In this document: in pieces, positions 53,336 through 64,000 of the stretch
Numbering within the stretch: the first letter of the stretch is position 1
Layout: each line of letters opens with the position of its first letter
Assembly: GCF_964204645.1 (NCBI RefSeq)
Contig: NC_134035.1
Span: 6,076,001 to 6,140,000, forward strand
DNA from: Tubulanus polymorphus
Lineage: Eukaryota; Animalia; Nemertea
Reading direction: 5' to 3'
Length of the DNA stretch: 64,000 nt
The notes under the pieces: model-generated
Seen by the model: the letters and a program-made list of their open reading frames with translations, nothing else
What the model was told of the DNA's origin: nothing
Databases searched by the model: none
Position numbers and translations under genes: made by a program

Positions 53336-56179
53336 TGACTTTTTATGGCATGATTTGAGACATGACGTCATAGGCGGAATTTTCCTGATGAGTTATTTAT
53401 TCATAATATACTTAATCGATTATTCATCTTAGTGTTCCAACCGAACGACAAAGCTTCACGTCTCAAGTGGCTTTGGCCTCGTTGTATGGTAATCGAGTTG
53501 TTAGTTATTCACGATTGTTTTGCAATGAAAGTATTGGTAAATAAGTAGTTTTCATCGCTAAACTCAAAAATGATAGCAACTACAAAGACTGGTAGTACAG
53601 GAGAGCGAGTGAGTCACAAACCCAGATGTTCGAGACGAACACGTAGCATTTGTACAGTGATTAATTTGAGCGCTGTATTGTTTGATGAGGGGGCGAAATT
53701 TGCTGACTTTATCAAAAATTATGGCGGCCGGCAACCCAAATTGATAATTCTATATTTAAAAACGAATTCCCACGTACCGGTAATAAACATTTATATAATC
53801 ACAGACATGAGCACTGATACATTAAATGATACTGTTATCGATACATTTGATACGTTCTCTTATCAGATACTGAATCCATGCAAAACAATTCAGAACAAGT
53901 AAATTCTTCTTTCTATCGGTATACAAAATTACGAATTTGAACAGCCAGCAACGGTGAAGAACTATCTGAGTATATATAGCCTATTGCGTTGAAGAGTCTT
54001 CAAAACGCTGAAAAGTATTCACAATGGCTTTGATTTGAATTGCTATTGCGAAATGAATTTAAAAACGACTTACAGTTTCGTTGTAATAACGCATGTAATC
54101 CGCTGCTGATCGAACAGCTGCTGTTGCTGTCTGTATCGCAGTACACATGTACGCCGTTACGGCAGACGCTACATTCATTCATAAATTTTATTATAATCAA
54201 CGCGCCATTCATGAAAATCATGTTAATGATCCCAGCCATCTGATTGGTCGATGTTGGTCGCCTACGTATGCTTACGTTGATATTTTTACGATGTAGGTCA
54301 AGTTTTACAAGCGAAAAACGTGTCACGCAAACTAACAGGCCGACTTGACAAGTGAGACAGAGCTAGCAAAATCGGCGCAATATTGCATTAACGGTTGATA
54401 TTGAGCCAAATGTCAACGTACACATTACGCCATTACGCATGTGTCTGGCTGGGAGTAGATTATTGAGTTAGATACTACTATTCGCGCGACAGCCTTGTTA
54501 GTTCAGTTATGATTATTTACTTGTGTCAATCTTCTTATTCTTAGTAACTTCGAAGAATTGAGATTATTTACTGATAACAACAATAACAACCTCGTCTCAT
54601 CCTCAATGATTTCAGAGATTTTTTGTCATTAGACAACATTTGGACATCATAAAATGTGTCAACGACACGTGTAGTAATCAGCAAATAACACGTGTTCATC
54701 AAGTGCTTCATCGTCATCTGTATGAAATCTATGAGTTTTGTTTGTTCATGAGTTTCTACTGAGATGAATACAATATATGTAGAAGAGCAGTCATTCGGAA
54801 GAACTTCAATCTACATTTTAAAGATTTCTACATCTAATGCTGAGTTCTACGAGCAATCATCTCAATGATTTCTTGTAGCTGAGTTGTACTTGGGAAGACA
54901 AACGCTGAATTCAATCTAGCAAGATGTCAATTTCTTTGAAGAGCAGAGCTCTGATTTGGACATTGGTGATATTCTCTGAACAATGGAGAAAGTGTACTCC
55001 AAGGAGAAAGTATGGTGCCTCATGGTTTCAAACAATCTCTCTACATAGAAGATGTTCTTGACCTCATGGAACCCTTCCACTGTCTTTATTCACTTGACTA
55101 TCCACTTTATGAACCACAGCTGTAGATTTGAGGACAATGGTCAATAACTTGAATAATGTCTAGGATTTGAGGGTTAGGATTAACAATCCAACCGGAGTAT
55201 GATCCTACAAGATTTTTAACTTTACACAGAATCTTTTAGACATGACTTCAACCGTTGGTGAAACACTCCGAGTCCGTGTTGTGTCTATATATTGAGAAAT
55301 CATTCATTCCGACTATTATAACGTCCAATCAATAAATCAGTAGCTTCAATGAAACTTATCGGACTTCATCTTTCTATCATTGCGGGATCCTCTAAATTTT
55401 ACTTCAACATTACTGGTGTGAACCCCTTCATTATTTTTACCACACTTCGGAAGATAGTGAATTTGTCTAAGAGTGTTAAATGTCACGGAAGACGTCGTTC
55501 TGTTTGTCAACTTTGTCATCAAAACAAACTTGCTTTAACCTGCGACCTATTTGATTTCTCATCGGAATTGAATGTCAAATGTTTCAATGTTCTGTTATGG
55601 ATAATAACCACTTGTGTCCTTCGACAAACTAATCATTCATTCAAGGATCGAATCATTTACGTATGAACAAAATATTTTCGTGAAATGCTTTTTAGAATGA
55701 AACGCATTCCACAGCCATAATGTATAATTCAAAAAACGACTTCAGCCTCGACATTTCAGAATCAAACTAAGTGATAAGATAAGTGATAAATACCAAACGT
55801 GTTTTACCATACGGAAGCGATTATTAGAAATCAATCAAAACTTACCATAAAGTATCGATGCTTATCACGCGTTGAATACTAAAGTAATCCTCGAGTATAG
55901 ATAAGTTGTAAATAAGTAGTGATAAGTCACCGTTGAGAAAGTCAATGTTTATCAACACACCGTAACATCTTAATTATACCCGGTAAACATCAGTTCAAAA
56001 TCGAAGTCGCCTTCAATGATTCGTCTAATATCTACAACCAATGATCAACTAGAGCGTATACGATCACCGTCTCAGTAACGCGTTAACGACCATGTGTTTA
56101 TAGCGTCTGTGTTTTCTACGTGAGACTCGACACAAAAAATTTCATTCATAAAATCCGCTATTGTTGAGAGCGAGCGCTC

Positions 56180-56353
56180 GGTGAATGGACGCCCACGCAG
56201 CCCGTACCGACGCCTACGCGCGCGCCATATCAGATCATTCACGTTTAAAAGGTCGGAGTTTACACACTACCAGACGTTCGAGCGCTGATTGGTCAAACCG
56301 GTCGCATAATTTATACGCTTATTTTAGAAAAATAGCATCGTTGTCATAGTAAC
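56180..56353. promoter_or_regulatory. CpG-rich promoter-like segment with CCAAT box and RFX X-box
   Basis: CG-rich patch 56170-56230, ATTGG at 56288-56292, and X-box-like GTTGTCATAGTAAC at 56340-56353. A minus-strand donor ATG|GTAAGT lies at 55845 and an acceptor cttgtag at 55205. Confidence 0.4.
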
Positions 56354-59300
56354 GAGTATGTAGGGCCCGAATGCTTCATTGCGCGCTTTCTGAAACAGCA
56401 TCGATTTTAGATGACATTTCTTCTACCGTGTACTGCGGAATTTTCCCCGCATTTTGCACTTTCCAGGATATTATCTCCTGCACCACGCATATCCCCCAAT
56501 TTTCCCGAAATATCGACAGATTCTCCTGAGAAACTTTTACTAATTAAATTTCCTAAATGTCTTCGTTCAGTCAGTCGGATAAACGACGACCCTTTTACCT
56601 TTTAACTAATCAATCTGTGTGTGAAGTTTCCAGTTTATGTGTAGGCTCATCGGTACGATATCGCCGTACTAAATGTCACAAAGTGACAGAAATGCGGCAC
56701 TTTTTGTAATTTCTGATATATTCATGAATTTACCAGGAATTTCCATTTATTCTCAGTGAGCTCCACAACTCACCCTACGCATGATTAGTAAAACCCACTA
56801 TAATCATTTCTAGTTACATTCTCTCGTACCGGGAAACGCCTAAAGGAGAAAAAACCGAAAAACTTCCCCACTAACAAACTAAACATGTCGGCAATTACCT
56901 AGTTCTTCCCTCATCATGACATTTACTGTAGAATTCCTCAATTTGTGGTAAATACCAGTTTTGCTGGATCAGAAAATGCGGGGAAAACTATATTTTTCCT
57001 GATTAGCTGAATTGTGAGGAATGTCATGTCTTGACATTCCAGAGGTATCTCACAATACCCTACCCCAACTATATGTGACCAAATTTGACTTGGGTCTAGT
57101 CAAATTTGGTCCGTACCTAGTTTTAGAGTGCGTTCACACGTAAATAACTAAACGCGTTACTAATCCAATTCAATTATTCCTATTAAGGGCATTGTGGTTT
57201 TGACCCGTGTTAAAATCTAGTCGACATGGGCCAAGTTTGGCCCAACCAAAGTGACGGACCAGACCCGTATCAACTAGACACAGGCCCATCATTGATAGGC
57301 ACCAGTGCGAACCCGTTGCCTATAGGCTGCCACGGGTCAAATTTGGCCCTGGTAAAAAAGATAGTTATTTCCCCCTGTCACAATCAGCCCCACGCACAAC
57401 CATCACTATACCACGCACTAATCACACACGCAAAACGCAATATTTGTGACAATACAACACTCTAGTTGAATTGTAAACATTGTAGTACGAGGGATAATAA
57501 TTTATTCCAATCACTCGTACGTCAAATGCATCGTGTTTGTTTGCGTAGGTGACTTTGGCTCGTCATCAACGTTTTAGGTGAAATAACCTACACTATTTAC
57601 TGATTTCAGTTCACTCCAGGCAATCAATGAATGACAGGTGATCTGTTTTTCTTTATGGGGAAGATGACTGAGAAGCGAGATGGATCAATATTTAAATCAG
57701 TCGGTGTATTAACCACGACGACTCCAGTTCTATTAAACGCCTTGCATTTCACATTTGGCAAAAAGGCAAAAACATCAACAAAACGGAAAAAAATTCAACC
57801 GAAAATGGTGACTGACTTCAAAGAATCAATTCTGTAAAAAGTTACTAATGACTACGTGCCAACTTAGAAGCGAAGAGTGATCCAGAAGTTGGGAAATAGT
57901 TCGCTTTCAATGCAGTAAAATCCAATATTTGTGTTTCAGAAATCTTCTTCATTCATGATGTTACATTTTGATTCTAAGAGTTTTTGAAGAAGCCAATTTT
58001 AACCCTCTCGAATACCCTTGAGAGCAACTATGCATAGTTACTGTTTATTCTAGTCAACTCAATTTGATGTGTAAATTTCAACTCTCTTTTTTATTTCAAT
58101 GACGCTTTTAGGGGCGGATCCAGAAATTTGAGCAGGGGGGGGGGGGGCGTCAAGCAAAGTGTTTTCCCAGATTTAGTATTTAATATTTCAATGAGAATAC
58201 TAATTTCTTGCAGACGCCAAAACAGCAACACGTAAAGCGGGGGGGGGGAGGGGGCATCGGGACCCCTAACCCCCCTTGGATAATTATCGTTCATTTCAGT
58301 GAATTCCTTCCAATCATTTCAGACAATGCTAAAAGAACCCTTGCTCCTTTTTGGTTCGTGGACCAAAATATTAGTAAATTAACCTATAATCGATGGAACA
58401 CATTTCAGAAGATACCGATACACGTTTTATGGCCGGCGTACATTTCTAATCGAAATATTTAGGCTACAGCAGAAAAAAATACAAGATACAAGTCATTTTT
58501 GGCCCGCGTCAAATTTGGTACGATCGTTTCAAAGTAACGCATTTCACTCCTGTTGAAGAAGTGTAAAAGTTACGCAAAGTTTTGATTGGTCGGTTCGTTC
58601 TTAGACACCTACTACTAAACAGCGTATACTAGGAAAACAAAGGATCGGAGAGTATAAGAGACCAAGTTCAAGGTTATGTTTGTTTTGAGTAAAGTAAAAT
58701 AAAGTGTCAACAAATACACACTATGAAGGCCATTCCTCCTCTATCCGATTCTCGTATTACTGACAAATTCATTTTTTACAATATGTTTGAACTTACAAAA
58801 TGTTCTGTTCCGAGTTGGTTGCCTTTAATGGTGTGACATTCGCTTCACTAAACTAGAATAGGAATGTTTATGGCATATGAACTTGTTTTTCGACTCTTCT
58901 CTGATGGTATCAAAATATCCCGCTTCCGATTTTGAATCGCTTTAGGTTTATCCTTAGACATATTTTCCATTCCTCAATTTATGAGGTTTCTTTTTATTAT
59001 TTTCGGAATCAACAAACTTCCATATATAACCTCACGGCTTCGTGTGGTTCAAAATAAAATGTTTTTTTTTTTCAATTTGTCGCACGTGGAATCATCTGAG
59101 AATTGAAATATTTTTAGTAATTGAATTGTATATATACATATAACTTGTTACTACAACTGCGGAGCTGGGGATCTTTCTAAATCACATTAACCCAAAATAC
59201 ACAACGGTAGGTTAAACGGAATTTGAACTCACAGCTAAATCTGTGAACCTAGATCAAAATTTAACACAAAAATGCTCATTCACGGGCGTAATTCCCATTT

Positions 59301-60911
59301 AAAATACGTGGGTCGGACCTAGTATTGGAATTCTTTGGGGGGGGGGGGTGCAGGGAATCCCGAAAAAGGGCAGTTCTATTTGATATAACAATAATTTTGT
59401 AAAAAGGGCACTATTACTAAAACCCACTAAATACGGCCCTAAACACATAAATCGTCCATATGAATTTGGCCCTGACATAGTTGTGAACTGAGTCGATTGT
59501 CACAAATTGGAACACGGAAATATTTACACGAGTTTAGCCCACATTGATCTCTCGAATTATAAAGAAAACCTAAAGAAATGAGTCATCCTCTCCGTGAGAT
59601 CTGACAGCAGAATGAAATCCGATTGTCATGGAAAATAACACTCGTTTCAAGCTGACGTTGTTTAGGATTTCTAGGTTGGCCACCTACTCGAGTACACTAT
59701 GACATTTAGTGCTCATCACGAGGACTGAGACAGCGGCGTACTGAATGTGATGGACTCTACATCGAAAAATTAACCGCGGAAAGTCATCGCTATAAAAAAC
59801 CACCAAATGACCCAGTTTCATAATTCAGATTAAATTCAGATTTCACTTATTGATAATTTGAAGTGAAGTCCTAGTTAACTCCAACTTGTAGCTACATGGT
59901 ATTAGATCAAAATATTTCACAATTAAAACTGCAATGGAAAACTAATGTATTGATTAGGAAACTAGCATCATCGAATCAATATGCCTAGATCTCCTAATGT
60001 CAAACCAACCCATACCCAACCCATCGGAAAAACCTATATTCAAACATTTTATTGAAATGAAAGAAAACCTTCATATGAAGCTTTTCTATCAGTTTATTAG
60101 TATATCAGTATATTGGATTATCGATCGATTGAGCGATCAGCTGTGTTACCGTCTCGTCGTTAAAATGAAATATATATGCATCGATCAAAATAATGCCTTA
60201 TATAATCATCAAAATGAGCAAGGAGTGGTTGGTATACAGAAAACAACAGCTGTTTACAACACTTTATACACAATATATACTGAATCCACCCCGCCCCGTA
60301 TAGTATAGTATATATAAACACCCCCGCCTGGCCTGTCCCCGATACACATATACCGTATTATATATATGATATGATAATGGGACATGTGAAATCCTGCGGT
60401 ACTGATCCTCGCCGCTTACTGCGTGTGGGGACAACATTACTTAGGTCGATGTGCCGAAGTCAATCTTCCATCGATTATAATTTGACTCAAAAACCACGTA
60501 ACTCCGAGTATATCAGTCCTTTCTATAGCTCTTGAACATAGAATAATTCCATCGTGTCGTTATATTTAGGATTAATTGGGACCAGTGCACTTGGTTTGAG
60601 AGTTTCGTGTTTTTAATTAATCAATTATTTTAGAAATAACGTTGTCTGAGCATTCTGACTGTATTCGTTTTAGAGTATCATTACTGTATACAGATCTGAA
60701 GTAACAACTCGCTGACTGTAACAACTGACGAGTGCTCACGATATTCGATAGATTCTCTTAGGAATAAAATTCTGCAACATTTCCTGACTGCATGCACCTC
60801 CTAAGAAACATAACACCGTACACAGTTTTTCTCCAGACTCGGCAGTTGAAAAATGCTCTTGACCTCGTAACACACTAGCGCTGTGTAGTGACACACTGAG
60901 ATAGCGCGTTC

Positions 60912-61007
60912 TGACGTCACAATCCGCCTGCCACTCGGGAAATAAATGCTTAGTGACATCATGTGATGACATCATCAGACAGAGCCGTGACATCATTGAT
61001 GACATCA
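60912..61007. promoter_or_regulatory. Cluster of CRE/ATF-like sites
   Basis: TGACGTCA at 60912 plus four TGACATCA at 60954, 60967, 60988 and 61000, all within 96 bp. Confidence 0.45.
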
Positions 61008-63076
61008 GCAGTAATACCAGCACACGCATACAGCTAGCCAGGCAGGTCTATCTCTAGATTGCTGCTGTTCTGAATACAAATATATCAAATAAAATGTTAA
61101 ATCATATTCTAAAAGCAGACACTCCTTATTGCAACTAAGATGCAGATTGTCACTGGTAATGAAATGACCATATTTGGTAAGAGATGTTTAAGTAGGTACA
61201 TTGCCTGCACCGCCAGTATCAATGTCATCAACTTGTGTGCATGTTTGACCTATCAGGAGGGTACTGGGTATATAAGGACGATCTTTGAGTAATCAGCAAT
61301 ATAAATTCATAATTTAAAATTTTCTTCACATCTCGCCGATGGTCTCTTCTCTTATCTTTGTTTTTATTTCCAAATAAATATAACTTTTGTAAATTTTGGG
61401 TTTTTGACCACTTATGGTTTTTGACCACGTCTCAGATAAAGATTTTAGTCTCTGTTTCAAAGGAGATGATTACATGCAAGTAAGATGTTCCAACTATTGG
61501 AATGAAATGATGGCTATTGTATATGATATATAAGTGTAGATCAATTAGGCTTTAGAGAAATATCAGGGTCGACACAAGACGGACTCAAGAGAACTGTCAA
61601 CCTTGGGAACTGTTTTTTTTTCTTTTCGTATATATGTATATGTAAATAAATAAAAGCCAGCCCATATAATAGGCTTACAAGACAAATAAGAGTTATATTG
61701 GCTACTCTTGTATGGCATTAAATGATATCATCTAATTACATTACTAACTCTTAAATTCTCAGAATCGAATAAAAATCCTTCATGAAGATTATTTCTGGAG
61801 GCCACAAAATCTAGATGTATCAAATAGAGGAGGCATAGACCTACATGGTGTTATTTCTTGGAATGCAGTTAACCATGCTGAACTGGTGCTGCTACCACGC
61901 CGCACTGGTGCACACCACACCTAAGTCACTGCAGGCGTGCTAACTGCTACCACCACTCGCTGCTCGATTGCGATCTAGATGTACTTTGACATTTGCAGCA
62001 GCAGCAGCAGCAGCAGCGGCAGGAACATCCGCTACTGTTGCTTGATAATAGAAGCACTCGTGTAGATCGATAAACTTGAGGAGTCATCACTGCTGCTGCT
62101 GCTGCCGCAACTTGCCTCGTTATGCAGCGCCGTATAAAAGATTTTTATATTTCATCAATGAAAAATGTAGTGATACGACCGACCAGCTCAACGGCAGCGG
62201 TGGAGGCAGTGTGGAAGAGCTGCTGCTGCAACAGCTCGAGGTGCAGCATGAATGAACAGATTTTATCAATGGCATCTTTACCGCTGCAATATAGTGCTGC
62301 CATATTGGAAGAGCAGACTGTATGCGCATTCATCTTACACTCACTCCATTCTTATGAATGAAATGAATTTAAACAAACAAAATGTTAATTAATCTTTTAG
62401 ACAGAGTCCTCTTAAAGCGTTTAAACAGACTTTTCAATTTAAGATATCACTAGAATTGAAAGAATCGCTATCAGCAGATATTGTGATCAATCATGTCACC
62501 TGAATATGTAGACTTAAACTGATTTCGTCATTGTATTAAGGTGACAAGTCAAACATATTATTACCTTTCAATCATATAATTATGTTAGCTTGATCTAAAT
62601 GTGAAGCTTGAATCGTTGGCTTCAAAAATACCTTGCTTTGATGAAGTGACCCCACGATGGAGGGCACTAGTTTCCGGCAGTGGCTTTAGAAATATCATCT
62701 TGCGATCAAATTTGTTTTTAAACTTATAATTAGCAGTATCTGTGTACAATGATCAGATGGGTTTTCATTCCAATTTGTCACACATTTTCACAGTGGTTTT
62801 CCCCATCCGCTCGAATACATTTATTTTCTGGTTTTCCTACAAAATTCATCCGTTATAAATTTTCCTTTGATTGGATGAAAAATGAAAAATGAAGCGTTCT
62901 AAAAATACCAAAGGTTAAATGATTATATTAGTCGTCATTACATCGTTTTGGCAGGATATCTATGCGATAAACTGTCAAAAAGGCAATCCCTTTTCTGCCA
63001 ACAAGTTTAGAATCAGTCTTAGTTAAATAGGCAAAAATCATAGTTCAATTCATCTTGATCAAAAAGTCCATATCAT

Positions 63077-63222
63077 TGTACTAGACTCCGCCCGGGTCGG
63101 ATCCGTTCAACTCTGATGTTTTTTAAATCATTTTTGTGACACAATTTACATCCAACTCGCATATCACTCACGTTGGACACATTTTGACGGTCCCAAAAGA
63201 TCCGACTTGAGCGAGGTGCTAC

Positions 63223-63225
<3 letters not shown>
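63077..63225. mobile_element. Tc1/mariner-type MITE, second copy of 3327-3472
   Basis: Reverse-complement match to 3327-3472 (GGATCCGTTCAACTCTGATGTTTTTTAAATCATTTT...GATCCGACTTGAGCGA). Confidence 0.75.

Positions 63226-63228
<3 letters not shown>

Positions 63229-63259
<31 letters not shown>
63229..63259. repeat. (TA)n microsatellite
   Basis: Direct observation, adjacent to the MITE end. Confidence 0.9.
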
Positions 63260-63263
<4 letters not shown>

Positions 63264-64000
63264 TGGTCGAAACTATACATTAAACCTCGCTATACCGGGT
63301 AAACTGGGGCCTCTGACTAACTCGGACAAAAATGAAATCCTTTTTTTGACATCCCAACCTATTTTCCTATCTTCAAACCGGACTTCGCTTACCTCGGACC
63401 AATTTTACTGCTCCCGGTTTGTCCGAAATTTACCGTACAAAGTACGTATAATCGAGAATGAACTAATTTCAATTTTCAATACGTTTAGACCAAACTCAAA
63501 ACTGGTGATTGGAACAAAAACTCATTTCGGCACAAAAGGCTTAAGCATAACGTGTTTTCGAAGTTAGATCAACCCTTCTAGCAGTGAAACACAATATATA
63601 CATATATAGATATATTCATAATTAGACCTGAGCTTTGATAATTCAGTTAGTCTGAGAGATAGAATTCTATGTAATTTAATTTCATCGAAAGAATGATTCT
63701 TAGAAACATTCGACTGAAGATTTAAGCGTGAAGCACAATTTCAAAGGAATCTTCGTAAAAATACAATACGTCCTCGCTCCCATTATTTTTATTTTGCGAG
63801 GAGTATAAGCTGTCGTGAGAGGAGTCTTTTTTCCGTTGATATGACTCATCGCTGTGCCGGCACCGTGAGTCAGTGTAGTAACAGTTGGTGTTGAAAACCC
63901 CCTGAGATGATGCGACGTACATAATTCCAAACTCATTCTTGTCGTAGAACCAGAAATATCTATCATTCTTAAAAAAACGAAACCGTTATGATTCCATTTC

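Noticed and set aside
54700-55150. Coding-like composition, possible pseudogene
   Set aside because: Multiple stops in the frames examined and no motif I can assign.
57540-57562. TTGCGTAGG (miR-242-like 5' end)
   Set aside because: The remainder does not match and no hairpin partner was found.

Overview
Intron-rich, AT-rich animal genomic DNA, probably a protostome invertebrate (lophotrochozoan-like, inferred from the miR-210 variant). The left half holds three spliced protein-coding genes, each reconstructed exon by exon with GT-AG boundaries and consistent phases. These are Greatwall/MASTL kinase (minus strand, 3' end outside the window), a divergently transcribed KIAA2026/BRD10-like bromodomain protein (~2439 aa, plus strand), and an N-terminal RASSF (RASSF7/8-like, 533 aa, plus strand). 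About 4 kb past the RASSF stop codon, on the opposite strand, lies a mir-210 hairpin that the ORF track cannot show, apparently inside an intron of a spliced non-coding host transcript. This reproduces the human tail-to-tail RASSF7 / MIR210HG arrangement and suggests an ancient bilaterian micro-syntenic unit. A putative host exon about 140 nt downstream of the hairpin carries a perfect 11-nt complement of the mature miRNA, a possible autoregulatory element. The remaining ~28 kb has no recognisable protein-coding exon. It contains MITEs, mini- and microsatellites, a decayed LINE endonuclease fragment, candidate minus-strand non-coding exons and motif clusters (RFX X-box, CRE-like). Family assignments come from recalled motifs; no search was run.
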